Source: Promethearchaeota archaeon | GTDB lineage: Archaea > Asgardarchaeota > Lokiarchaeia > Sigyniarchaeales > SOKP01 | Assembly (NCBI GenBank): GCA_019058445.1 | Contig: JAHPZA010000009.1 | Coordinates: 288,001-352,000, forward strand | DNA: 64,000 nt | Direction of reading: 5' to 3' | In this document: positions 49,915 through 59,998 of the stretch, one piece after another | Layout: every line of letters begins with the position of its first letter | Position numbering within the stretch: the stretch's first letter is position 1 | The notes under the pieces: model-generated | Told to the model about the DNA's origin: nothing | Databases searched by the model: none | What the model saw: only the letters and a program-made list of their open reading frames with translations | Translations under genes and position numbers: made by a program

Positions 49915-52590
49915 TTACAAACTCTCTTTTAAGATATTCCTTAAAACTGTATGTAAAATTCCTCCATTCTTATAATATTCGATATCAACAGGAGTATCTA
50001 ATCTCGCAACTACTTTAAAAGTTTTTTCTTGTCCATTATCAGATTTAGCAATAACAGTCAACTCCCCTTGCGGGACTATTTCTTTAATCCCTAATATTTC
50101 ATAGGTTTCATTACCTATAAGTCCTAATGAATTTGCATTCTCACCATCTTTAAATTGAAGAGGTAAAACTCCCATTCCGACAAGATTACTTCTATGAATT
50201 CTTTCAAATGATTCAGCTAACACAGCTTTAATGCCTAATAATTGTGTTCCCTTTGCTGCCCAATCCCTTGAACTGCCCATGCCATAATCACCGCCCGCAA
50301 GGATTAATAACGGAATACCTTTCTTTTCATAGTCCATAGCCGCATCATAGATAGGAACTACAGTCCCCGATATATGATTAATGGTCCATCCTCCTTCTTT
50401 ATCCACGAGTTTATTTCTAATTCTTATATTTCCAAATGTACCTCGCATCATTACTTCATGATTTCCCCTTCTTGATCCAAATGAATTGAAATCTTTCACA
50501 TCTATTCCTTTTGAAATTAGATATTGCCCTGCGGGCATATCTTCTGGAATGGCTCCAGCCGGAGAGATGTGATCAGTTGTAACACTTACCCCCAATAATG
50601 CTAGTACTTTAGAGTTTTGAATGTTCTCCAAGGGGGGTTCATGAATTGGAAAATCTAGAAAAAATGGAGGTTCACGAATATATGTTGATTTTTCATCCCA
50701 CTTATACACCTCATCTTCAGGAGGATTGAGTTGATTCCAAAGATCCCATCCTTTAAAAATTTCACTATATTCCTTAGTAAATAAATCAGGACCGACAAAT
50801 TCATTAGTTAATTTTCTGATTTCATCGGCACTTGGCCAAATATCTTTTAAATATACGGGGTTATCGCTTTTATCTACACCTAATGGATCCTGGTACAAAT
50901 TTATCGCAACCGTACCTGCCAAAGCAAATGCTACAACCAGAGGAGGAGAAGCGAGATAGTTTGCTCTTACATGAGGACTAATCCGACCTTCAAAATTTCT
51001 ATTACCACTTAACACCGCAGCGGCAACGAGATCATGTTTATTTATTTCCTTAACAAACTCATCCTTTAAAGGACCACTATTTCCAATACAAGTTGTGCAT
51101 CCATAACCCACTAAATTAAATCCTAATTGTTCGAGGTAGGACATTAGACCTGAATTTTTCATATAATCAGTTACCACTCGGGACCCTGGTGCGAAACTAG
51201 TCTTTACATGATTAGGGACTTTTAAACCTCTTTCTAATGCATTTCTAGCTAACAAACCTGCTCCGATCATTACCGAAGGATTAGATGTATTGGTGCATGA
51301 TGTAATAGCAGCAATTATTACTGCCCCATGATTTAATTTATCCCCTCTGGAAATATTATTTGTTTCATTTGGTTTATTAAACATTGTTTTCATGCTCTCT
51401 AAAAATGTTTTTTTCATTTCTGGAAGCAGTATTCTGTCTTGGGGTCGCTTCGGACCTGCTAGACTTGGTTCCACCTTACTTAAATCAACTTCTATATATT
51501 CGCTAAATTCTGGCGTAGGTGATTCTTTCGAATAAAATATTCCGACTTTCTTCAAGTACTTTTCCACTAAATCAATTTGCTCATCCTTTCTCCCACTTAA
51601 TTTTAAATAATATAGAGTCTCCTCATCAACAGGAAAAAAACCCATAGTTGCCCCATATTCGGGAGACATATTGGCAATTGTTGCTCTGTCTGCTAAACTT
51701 AACTCTTTTAAGCTAGGTCCATAAAACTCAACAAACTTTCCAACAACTCCATGTTTTCTTAGGATTTGAGTAATAGTTAACACCACATCTGTTGCTGTCA
51801 CTCCAGATTTTATTTCCCCTATTAATTTAACTCCAACAACTTCAGGTATGGGCATATAATAAGGCTGACCTAAAAGAACTGCCTCTGCTTCAATACCACC
51901 CACACCCCACCCTAAAACACCTAAACTATTAATCATAGTAGTATGAGAATCTGTTCCTACTAAAGTATCTGGAAAGGAAATATTTTCTCCATTCACTTTT
52001 CTTAAATGCACTACTGAAGCTAAATACTCTAAATTAACTTGATGGCAAATACCTCGACTAGTGGGAACTACCCTAAAATTATTAAATACGCTCTGTGCCC
52101 ATTTTAAAAATAAATATCTTTCACGATTGCGCTCCATCTCCATTTCTTCATTTTTTTGAATCGCATTTTCAGTCCCATAAAAGTCAACTTGTATAGAGTG
52201 GTCAATTACTAAATCAGCAGGTACTACAGGATTTATTCGGGAAGGATCTCCTCCAGCTCTTTCCATAGCGGAACGTAGTGCTGCTAAATCAACCATCGCT
52301 GGAACACCCGTAAAATCTTGAAGGAGAACTCGAGATGGTATATACGGAATTTCCACTACATTATCACTATTTGGTACCCAGTTTAATAGGGCGAGAACAT
52401 GATCTTTAGTAATAAGCTCATCATCTAAATTTCTTACCATATTTTCTAGCAAAATTCGGAGAGAATAAGGTAATCTACTAATGTCTCCTAAATCTAAATC
52501 TTTTAATTTTTGAATATTATATATTGCAGTAACTCCTAGCTTGGTCTCTAAATTCTGCTTTAGTTTACGTTTTAATTCAAAACCATCCAA
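49915..52590 (-). CDS. acnA: Aconitate hydratase A
   Basis: QDFTGVP, DSHTTM, SCTNTSNP, GCTTCIGNSG, GSSRDWAAKG. Confidence 0.97.
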   Translation of the reverse strand: MDGFELKRKLKQNLETKLGVTAIYNIQKLKDLDLGDISRLPYSLRILLENMVRNLDDELITKDHVLALLNWVPNSDNVVEIPYIPSRVLLQDFTGVPAMVDLAALRSAMERAGGDPSRINPVVPADLVIDHSIQVDFYGTENAIQKNEEMEMERNRERYLFLKWAQSVFNNFRVVPTSRGICHQVNLEYLASVVHLRKVNGENISFPDTLVGTDSHTTMINSLGVLGWGVGGIEAEAVLLGQPYYMPIPEVVGVKLIGEIKSGVTATDVVLTITQILRKHGVVGKFVEFYGPSLKELSLADRATIANMSPEYGATMGFFPVDEETLYYLKLSGRKDEQIDLVEKYLKKVGIFYSKESPTPEFSEYIEVDLSKVEPSLAGPKRPQDRILLPEMKKTFLESMKTMFNKPNETNNISRGDKLNHGAVIIAAITSCTNTSNPSVMIGAGLLARNALERGLKVPNHVKTSFAPGSRVVTDYMKNSGLMSYLEQLGFNLVGYGCTTCIGNSGPLKDEFVKEINKHDLVAAAVLSGNRNFEGRISPHVRANYLASPPLVVAFALAGTVAINLYQDPLGVDKSDNPVYLKDIWPSADEIRKLTNEFVGPDLFTKEYSEIFKGWDLWNQLNPPEDEVYKWDEKSTYIREPPFFLDFPIHEPPLENIQNSKVLALLGVSVTTDHISPAGAIPEDMPAGQYLISKGIDVKDFNSFGSRRGNHEVMMRGTFGNIRIRNKLVDKEGGWTINHISGTVVPIYDAAMDYEKKGIPLLILAGGDYGMGSSRDWAAKGTQLLGIKAVLAESFERIHRSNLVGMGVLPLQFKDGENANSLGLIGNETYEILGIKEIVPQGELTVIAKSDNGQEKTFKVVARLDTPVDIEYYKNGGILHTVLRNILKESL

Positions 52591-52651
52591 TTATATCACT
52601 TAACAATTTCTCTATTAAATTGAATAAGATTAAAAATAATATTTAAATCTG

Positions 52652-53923
52652 TTATCTTTCGTGCATTGTTATATAATTCTTATCAAGCTCACCTATATAA
52701 CGAAGTCGAGGTCTGATAAGTTTATTATCCGAAAGCTGTTCAATTGCATGAGCGACCCATCCTGCACTTCTTGACGCAGCAAATAAAGGGGTAAATAAGG
52801 GCGTAGGAATTCCTAAAATATGCAAGAGCCCTGCTGAATACAAGTCCACATTAGGGTAAATTTTTTTAGTGTTTATCATATATTCAGTTAATAACTCGGT
52901 CATTTCAAAGATATTATCTATTTCTCCATGTTCCGTATCATGTACCAGATCTGGAATACTTTCAATAATTTCACCTCTTTCCCAGCGTTCCCAGAAAAAT
53001 TTTGATATTTCACGCAGAATTTTTGCTCGAGGATCCCAAGTCTTATAAACTCTGTGTCCAAATCCCATAATTTTTTCTTTGTTTTCCAATTTAGTTTTTA
53101 GCCACGGCAAGACATCCTCCTTTTTTTTTATTTCTTCCAACATCATTCTTACAACTCTCTCATTTGCACCTCCATGTAATGGGCCTCTGAGAGTACCAAT
53201 TGCACTAGTAATCCCGCTGTATATATCTGATAAAGTAGAAACAGTTACTCTACATGAGAAGGTAGATGAATTAATTGAATGATCGGCATGACAGATTAAC
53301 ACATCGTCGAAGGCCTTTTCGATATCTCCACTAGGCTCTCTCCCAGTCATCATATAATAATAATTGGCAGCGTGAGAAAGTTCTTCAGATGGTTCAATTA
53401 ATGGTAAATTAGTTTGGATCCTGTGTGAAAATGCCAATACAGTTGGAATTTTTGCGATGATTCTAATACCCTTTCGGATATTTGCCTCTTCTGTGAAGAT
53501 ATAGTCGTCAGGATCGTAAAGAGATAATGCCGAAATGGATGTACGTAATAGTTCAATCCGAGTAGTGTTCCTCGGATAACTTTTAAGAATAGTCAAAATA
53601 TTGTCGGGGATATTTCGCTCTTTGATTAATTGATCTTTGAAAGAACTTAATTGATTTTTAGATGGTAGCCGACCATAAATTAAAAGATAAGCTACCTCTT
53701 CAAATGTTGAATTATTCACTAAATCCTCAAGTGAATAACCTCTGTAATATAATTTTCCGTGATCTCCATCAATGAAAGTAATCAGGCTATCATCCACGTA
53801 TATTCCTACTAATCCTTTATATGTTTTAGAGCGATCAAGTTCACATAACTGTGATTCTTCCTCCTCATAATCCTCACATACAAAAGTATCTGGTGTTTCA
53901 CATTTACTTGGATGTTGACTCAT
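52652..53923 (-). CDS. gltA: Citrate synthase family protein
   Basis: HADHSINSST, GPLHGGANE, GFGHRVYK..DPRA, PNVD. Confidence 0.92.
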   Translation of the reverse strand: MSQHPSKCETPDTFVCEDYEEEESQLCELDRSKTYKGLVGIYVDDSLITFIDGDHGKLYYRGYSLEDLVNNSTFEEVAYLLIYGRLPSKNQLSSFKDQLIKERNIPDNILTILKSYPRNTTRIELLRTSISALSLYDPDDYIFTEEANIRKGIRIIAKIPTVLAFSHRIQTNLPLIEPSEELSHAANYYYMMTGREPSGDIEKAFDDVLICHADHSINSSTFSCRVTVSTLSDIYSGITSAIGTLRGPLHGGANERVVRMMLEEIKKKEDVLPWLKTKLENKEKIMGFGHRVYKTWDPRAKILREISKFFWERWERGEIIESIPDLVHDTEHGEIDNIFEMTELLTEYMINTKKIYPNVDLYSAGLLHILGIPTPLFTPLFAASRSAGWVAHAIEQLSDNKLIRPRLRYIGELDKNYITMHER

Positions 53924-54045
53924 AATTGAAAAACCTTTTTTGTCATATTTCTTTGGTAATTTACCTTTAATGAACTTAAATTGATATTTAATTCTAATTT
54001 TTATAAAAAATTAATAGAAAAGATGTAGGAAAAAACAATAAGAAG

Positions 54046-55098
54046 TTAAACTAAAATATCTGGTGTGATCTCTGCTAAAGATTTTACACCCGTCATTTTC
54101 ATTGCTTTGGCTAAGGTTTTTTGTAGATATTCCATTTGTAATCTAACTCCCAATATTCCAGCTCCCACAGCAGCTCTTACTAAGTCTCGTCCTATGAGTA
54201 CCGCATCAGCACCTAATGCTAACATTTTTAATACATCATAACCATTTCTAATTCCTCCATCGGCTAAAATCATAATTTTGTCTTCCACCTCAGCTACAAT
54301 ATCAGGAAGTACATCAGCAGTTCCGGGTGTGTGGTCAAGTACTCGTCCTCCATGATTAGAGACCACAATGGCAGATGCTCCTACCTCAACAGCAGCTAAT
54401 GCGTCTTCACTACACATAATCCCCTTAATAATAACAGGTAATGACGTTGATTTCACTAATTCTTCAAGGTCTTCCACACTTTTACGATAAATGGGTCTAT
54501 CGTATTTCACCATGGCATAAGAACCACACCCATCGATATCTGTTCCTACAGCAATAGCTCCTGCGACTTCTGCCTTTTTAAAAAATTTAATAATAAGATC
54601 TTGATCACGGGGTTTAACAATTTTAACACCCCACCCATTTGCTTCGGCTATGGCATCAATCCCCCAAGTATTTTCTAATGAATAGGAATAAGAGTCTCCA
54701 CGCCATCCTACTGTTTTAGCTTCTTTGCACCCAAACACAACTGATCTACAAAACCCTTTTTCAGTAATTACTTCTTCACCTCCAAAGCTATTTACTCCAG
54801 CTACACTTGCTCCCATTATCGGCATTGATAATGCTCTCCCGAAAAAAAAGAATTTCGTATCAGGTTCAAAATGAGGTCCTATTACCCTCATTTTAAGCTT
54901 AATTTTTTTTAGGGCAAGAAAATTATTATGAAAGCTTGAGCCGCTTCCAACCCCTCCAATTCCAAGAGGCTTTCCATAACTATGACCCTGACATAATCTT
55001 GTATCCAGACCGTCACAATTCCTATATACTCCACAGATGCCTTTTAATTTGTCTCGTGCTTTTTCTCTAACGTCCGGAAGTGTGATATTTCCTGACAA
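54046..55098 (-). CDS. FMN-dependent alpha-hydroxy-acid dehydrogenase/oxidase
   Basis: KGIM, VVSNHGGRVLD, DGGIR.G.DVLK.LALGA..V.IGR; N-terminal Cys cluster. Confidence 0.92.
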   Translation of the reverse strand: MSGNITLPDVREKARDKLKGICGVYRNCDGLDTRLCQGHSYGKPLGIGGVGSGSSFHNNFLALKKIKLKMRVIGPHFEPDTKFFFFGRALSMPIMGASVAGVNSFGGEEVITEKGFCRSVVFGCKEAKTVGWRGDSYSYSLENTWGIDAIAEANGWGVKIVKPRDQDLIIKFFKKAEVAGAIAVGTDIDGCGSYAMVKYDRPIYRKSVEDLEELVKSTSLPVIIKGIMCSEDALAAVEVGASAIVVSNHGGRVLDHTPGTADVLPDIVAEVEDKIMILADGGIRNGYDVLKMLALGADAVLIGRDLVRAAVGAGILGVRLQMEYLQKTLAKAMKMTGVKSLAEITPDILV

Positions 55099-55118
55099 AT
55101 CTCATTCCACCCGTATTA

Positions 55119-56510
55119 TTAAACCATCTTTTTGGGATCTAATAAAGTATCTAAATCCTCATCAAATTCTAAGCCCATTTCCATTATCACTTCTTTGATA
55201 GTTTTTCCCTCATTGAATGCTTTTTGTGCGATTACCGAACATTTATCGTAGCCGATGTAAGGACTTAGATTTGTAACTAACATAATGAGTTTTTCTAATT
55301 GCGAATTTATTTGAATTTTATTAGCTTTCAAATCCAATAAACAATTTTCTATAAAAGATTGAATTGCATTACTTAAAATCTGAATTGAATCGAGAATATT
55401 GTATATTATAATAGGTTTACATATGTTAAGATCCAAAATGCTTCCATACCCCTCGCCAAAAGATACAATAGCATCATTTCCAAACACCTGTATGCATACT
55501 TGAATAAGAGCCTCCGATTGAGTTGGATTAGTTTTTCCAGGCATTATGGAGGATCCCGGCTCATTTTGTGGCAAAATCAATTCAGAGAGCCCCGCCCGAG
55601 GTCCGCTCCCCATCCATCTAATATCATTTGCCATTTTCATTAATGAAAGTGATAATTGTCTTAATGCCGCACTGGCATTAACAAGGGTATTATGAGAAGC
55701 GATACCTTCAGCTTTTACAGGGTTTAGCTTAATAGGGTACTTAGTAATTTCAGATAATTTTCTAACCACAATTTTCGCAAAATCTTTATGAGCATTAATT
55801 CCTGTCCCTAAAGCAGTTCCTCCTAATGGAATATAACACAACTCATCGAACACATATTTAAGTCTTTTTTCACTGATTTCAATCTGTTTTCTATAAACCT
55901 CAAATTCCAATGAAATTGGGATAGGTACAGCATCCTGTAGGTGAGTTCTTCCGACTTTAATAATCCCATTAAAATCTCTGATTTTCTGGTTCAAAGTTTC
56001 AATTAAGTTTTTAATTACTGGAAAAAGCTTATTACTCAATAAATGTAGAACTGATACATGCATAGTTGTAGGGATTACATCGTTAGAAGATTGCCCTTTA
56101 TTCACGTGATCATTAGGGTGAACTGGATACTTTTTACCCATAGGATGTCCCATTATTTCATTTGCTCTATTAGCCAGAACTTCATTCATATTCATATTGG
56201 TCTGGGTACCAGATCCTGTTTGATAAATGTCAATAGGAAATTGATCAAAATGCTTATTTTCTTCTAATATTTCTTTCATTGATAAAAGAAGTGCATCTCC
56301 AATTCCCTTTTCTACTAATTTTAACTCTAAGTTAGCTAACAAACATGTTTTTTTAACTTCTGCAAGTGAGCGAATAAAGATATCTGGAAATCTTTTTTTG
56401 CTAATTTGGAAATTTTGAATGGCTCTTTGTGTATTTATACCCCAGTAAACATTACTAGGAACATTCATTTCGCCTAAAACATCCTTTTCTTTACGAAATT
56501 CTTCATTCAT
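55119..56510 (-). CDS. fumC: Class II fumarate hydratase
   Basis: QTGSGTQTNMN.NE, GRTHLQDA, GSSIMPGKTNP. Confidence 0.95.
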   Translation of the reverse strand: MNEEFRKEKDVLGEMNVPSNVYWGINTQRAIQNFQISKKRFPDIFIRSLAEVKKTCLLANLELKLVEKGIGDALLLSMKEILEENKHFDQFPIDIYQTGSGTQTNMNMNEVLANRANEIMGHPMGKKYPVHPNDHVNKGQSSNDVIPTTMHVSVLHLLSNKLFPVIKNLIETLNQKIRDFNGIIKVGRTHLQDAVPIPISLEFEVYRKQIEISEKRLKYVFDELCYIPLGGTALGTGINAHKDFAKIVVRKLSEITKYPIKLNPVKAEGIASHNTLVNASAALRQLSLSLMKMANDIRWMGSGPRAGLSELILPQNEPGSSIMPGKTNPTQSEALIQVCIQVFGNDAIVSFGEGYGSILDLNICKPIIIYNILDSIQILSNAIQSFIENCLLDLKANKIQINSQLEKLIMLVTNLSPYIGYDKCSVIAQKAFNEGKTIKEVIMEMGLEFDEDLDTLLDPKKMV

Positions 56511-57267
56511 TTTTGATCCACTTATCTCTTATATCTTTTATAGCAGTTCCGGGCATAATATTTTTAGGACAAACGCGATTACAAATAAAGAACTTCTCAC
56601 AAGCGGGTACGCCATCTTCTTTTATAATCCGCGAAACTACTTTCTGTTGCTTTTCTTTAGTTATTCGTGAATCATTTATAAATCTATCTGCCTTTGCGAG
56701 TTGGGCCGGTCCCAGATAACTTGGATTTTTATTACTAACAGGGCATGCCCAGCATAAGCCACATAGTATACAATATACTAATCTCTCAATTACTTTCATT
56801 TGGGTTGGAGATTGTTTTGATTCTGGTGCTACATCGTTCCATTCTCTTACCAAATAAGGTTCAATTTCTCGATAAAATTTCCAAAAGGGTTCCATATCTA
56901 CGACTAAATCTTTAAGAACTTTCATATTGGGCAATGGTTCAATTAAAATTTCATTCTCTTTATCCCAATATGAGTGATCTCCAAATTCAAACTCAGGTAT
57001 ATTGATTGACTTTTTCGCCGTTTTAAGTGTAGATACTTGCACTCTACATGCTAGCATAGGAACTTTATCTATTGTCATCCCACAAGAGCCACATATTGCT
57101 CCTCTACACGCATATCTAAAAGCGAGTGTAGAATCAAAATGATCTTGTATATAAAACAAAGCTTCAAGGACACTCATTCCTTTAGATATTGGAAGTTCAT
57201 ACCTTTCATAACGTATATCTCCATTTCCAGGATTTCTATAAACTAATAATTTGACATTTTTTGTCAT
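56503..57267 (-). CDS. sdhB: Succinate dehydrogenase/fumarate reductase Fe-S subunit
   Basis: CRGAICGSC...C, CILCGLC..CP, C.....C..VCP; ATG at 57267 just after the sdhA stop. Confidence 0.93.
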   Translation of the reverse strand: MTKNVKLLVYRNPGNGDIRYERYELPISKGMSVLEALFYIQDHFDSTLAFRYACRGAICGSCGMTIDKVPMLACRVQVSTLKTAKKSINIPEFEFGDHSYWDKENEILIEPLPNMKVLKDLVVDMEPFWKFYREIEPYLVREWNDVAPESKQSPTQMKVIERLVYCILCGLCWACPVSNKNPSYLGPAQLAKADRFINDSRITKEKQQKVVSRIIKEDGVPACEKFFICNRVCPKNIMPGTAIKDIRDKWIKNE

Positions 57268-57268
57268 T

Positions 57269-58981
57269 TCAATAAGCACGCTCCTTTACTTCAAATATTC
57301 CCAATATAACGGGTTTTTGTTTCAGCTCTAAACCATCTTTAGTTCTATAAACTAAAGAGTGCCAAAGAAAATTCTTATCATCTCGTTCAGGATAGTCCCA
57401 GCGGTAATGTGCACCCCTACTCTCTTTCCTCATCAAAGCAGCATATGCAGTTACTTCTGCAATATCTAACATACTTCTAAGCTCCAAAGTGCGAATAAGA
57501 CCATAATTAAATTTACGATCTGATGTTGCTATGTGTACGTCTTGAAAATCTTCTTGTAATCTTTTAAGATCCTCATACGCGTATTTAAGTTCATCTTGTT
57601 TTCGAAAAACTCCAACATATTGATTCATAATTCCTCCCATGGCCTGCCTTATTACAACTGGTTTTTTACCGCTGTTATTTTCCCATTTTTTAAATAAATC
57701 TTCAGTTTCCTTTAATACTTTATTTTCAACATTTTCTCTGATAGGTGAGGATGGTCTTGAGGGTAAGCCTTTTTCCAATAACTTTCTGCCAATGGCTCTT
57801 CCGAATACTGAAGTTTCTAATAATGAATTACCCCCTAAACGATTTGCTCCATGAACAGAAAGGCATGAACATTCCCCAACAACCCATAGTCCAGACAAAT
57901 CAGTTTCTCCAAAATCTCCTTCAAATTTTGTAGCTATCCCTCCCATACTATAATGTTGACCAGGTTGTACGGGGATTGGCTCCTCAATTGGATCTATTCC
58001 CGCAAAGTAAATACTTATCTCTCGAATCCCGGGAAGCCTTTCATTTATTTTATTCGCACCTAAATGAGTAAGATCTAGATTAACGTAAGCATTTTCGAAG
58101 CCACGCCCTTCCATGACTTCAATGTCGATTGCCCTCGCTACCATATCACGAGGTGCAAGTTCCATTGCCTTTGGGGCAGTTTTGCTCATAAATCGTTCAC
58201 CTTCATTGTTATACAAAAGCCCTCCTTCTCCGCGTGCCCCCTCGGTAATTAAAATATTTGTACCATATAAAGTTGTAGGATGGAATTGTACAAATTCACA
58301 GTCTTGCATTGGAACTCCCGCTCTGAAAGCTGCGCCATTTCCATCTCCTGTATTGATAATTGCATTTGTAGAGCTTTTAAACATTCTCCCAAATCCTCCC
58401 GTGGCGAGAATAACATACAATGATCGAAATATCACAAGTTCCCCGCTGGCAATATCAAGACAGATGACGCCAGCGATTTTATTCTCAACAACAATAAGGT
58501 CAATCAAGAAATATTCATCGAAAAATTTAACACTATTTCTAACACACTGTTCATATAAGGTATGCAAAAGTGCATGTCCAGTACGATCTCCTGCGTAACA
58601 AGTACGAGGAAAGCCAGCTCCTCCGAAAGGTCTTTGGGCAATTAAGCCAGAATCTAACCGCGAAAATGGAGCTCCCATACTCTCAAATTCAATCACAATT
58701 TTTGGAGCTTCTTCACACATAAACATTACTACGTTTTGATCAGCTAAATAGTCGGAGCCTTTAACTGTATCAAACGCATGTCCTTTCGGGGTATCATCCT
58801 TGCCAACTTCTAGATTGCCTAGAGCAGCGTTAATTCCTCCTTGAGCAGCTCCTGAATGGCTACGTACAGGATATACTTTACTAATAATCGCTACATTCCA
58901 TTGAGATGATAATTCCAAACCAGCTCTTAGGCCACTAAGTCCTGCCCCTACAATAATTACATCAAATTCTTCAATATCCAT
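57269..58981 (-). CDS. sdhA: Succinate dehydrogenase/fumarate reductase flavoprotein
   Basis: RSHSGAAQGG, QFHPT, ITEGARGEG, HYSMGG, HGANRLGGNSL. Confidence 0.96.
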   Translation of the reverse strand: MDIEEFDVIIVGAGLSGLRAGLELSSQWNVAIISKVYPVRSHSGAAQGGINAALGNLEVGKDDTPKGHAFDTVKGSDYLADQNVVMFMCEEAPKIVIEFESMGAPFSRLDSGLIAQRPFGGAGFPRTCYAGDRTGHALLHTLYEQCVRNSVKFFDEYFLIDLIVVENKIAGVICLDIASGELVIFRSLYVILATGGFGRMFKSSTNAIINTGDGNGAAFRAGVPMQDCEFVQFHPTTLYGTNILITEGARGEGGLLYNNEGERFMSKTAPKAMELAPRDMVARAIDIEVMEGRGFENAYVNLDLTHLGANKINERLPGIREISIYFAGIDPIEEPIPVQPGQHYSMGGIATKFEGDFGETDLSGLWVVGECSCLSVHGANRLGGNSLLETSVFGRAIGRKLLEKGLPSRPSSPIRENVENKVLKETEDLFKKWENNSGKKPVVIRQAMGGIMNQYVGVFRKQDELKYAYEDLKRLQEDFQDVHIATSDRKFNYGLIRTLELRSMLDIAEVTAYAALMRKESRGAHYRWDYPERDDKNFLWHSLVYRTKDGLELKQKPVILGIFEVKERAY

Positions 58982-59039
58982 AAAATACCAACTATTCTAT
59001 ATATTTTAATTTGAATTATAATATAAAAAACAATATGGA

Positions 59040-59897
59040 TTAGCGAAATGTTTCTAATAATTCATTAAATTTAATTTTGTCTAATTCCCTTTTGTAGAGG
59101 GGAGTGCTGTCATTATCGTAAATCCCTACATTTTCTTCGTAAGTTTTTTTATTGGGATTAAGGTATAAAATTCCTAAAGGGAATTTTCTAGTTTCTAAAG
59201 CTTTTTCAATTGCTTTATTTTGGTCATAAGGATCATGAGAATCATCTAAATAATAAGTGTTTTGTTTATACCACTCATAGGTGTTGACCCGATTGAAAGA
59301 GACGCATGGACAAAATAAATCTATCAAGGCATATCCTTTATGTTTGATAGCTTTTTTAAGGATCTCTTTAGTTTGTTCAATATCGCCCACAAAAGCACGG
59401 GCTACAAAGGAAGCATCTAATGATATAGCTATTGCCGGTGCATTAAAAGGCTGATTATATACTCCTTTTACTTGTACCTTTGTTACAAAGCCAATTTGGC
59501 TTGTAGCAGAAGCCTGTCCCTTAGTAAGTCCATATACCTGATTATTGTGTACGATATTCACAATATCCGGATTATACCGAATCGTATGTAGAAAATGATT
59601 ACCTCCCTCACTAAAAGTGCACCCGTCTCCACTAACTGCTATGACTGTAAGTTCTGGATTGGCAGCTTTGGCTCCAAGTGCATTGGATAAATATCGCCCA
59701 TGTAGTCCATTAAAACTCTGGGATTTCATGAAATGTGGAAATTTTCCAGCTTGACCAATTCCCGATATTAAAGCAAATTCATATGGTTTTATTCCTAATT
59801 CGCTAAGGGTTTCTTTCATTATTCTAAGAGCAAGATAATTTCCACAACCTGGACACCACGAAATTTCTGCATCTCGATCAAAAATATTACTTGACAT
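59040..59897 (-). CDS. korB: 2-oxoacid:ferredoxin oxidoreductase, beta subunit
   Basis: WCPGCG, LHGR, GDG...[22 protein letters not shown]. Confidence 0.93.
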   Translation of the reverse strand: MSSNIFDRDAEISWCPGCGNYLALRIMKETLSELGIKPYEFALISGIGQAGKFPHFMKSQSFNGLHGRYLSNALGAKAANPELTVIAVSGDGCTFSEGGNHFLHTIRYNPDIVNIVHNNQVYGLTKGQASATSQIGFVTKVQVKGVYNQPFNAPAIAISLDASFVARAFVGDIEQTKEILKKAIKHKGYALIDLFCPCVSFNRVNTYEWYKQNTYYLDDSHDPYDQNKAIEKALETRKFPLGILYLNPNKKTYEENVGIYDNDSTPLYKRELDKIKFNELLETFR

Positions 59898-59998
59898 TTT
59901 CTTAATTATTTTCTCGAATAATTAAGATATCTTTTACTAACGAATAAATAAATTCTTTCTTAATAGTTTATAATAAGACTTAGGACTATGAATTATAT

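Noticed and set aside
38340-58598. Many small ORF-track entries lying inside cysS, cysK, cysE, trxB, the S9 peptidase and the TCA genes
   Set aside because: They overlap confident genes on the opposite strand or in another frame and carry no motifs
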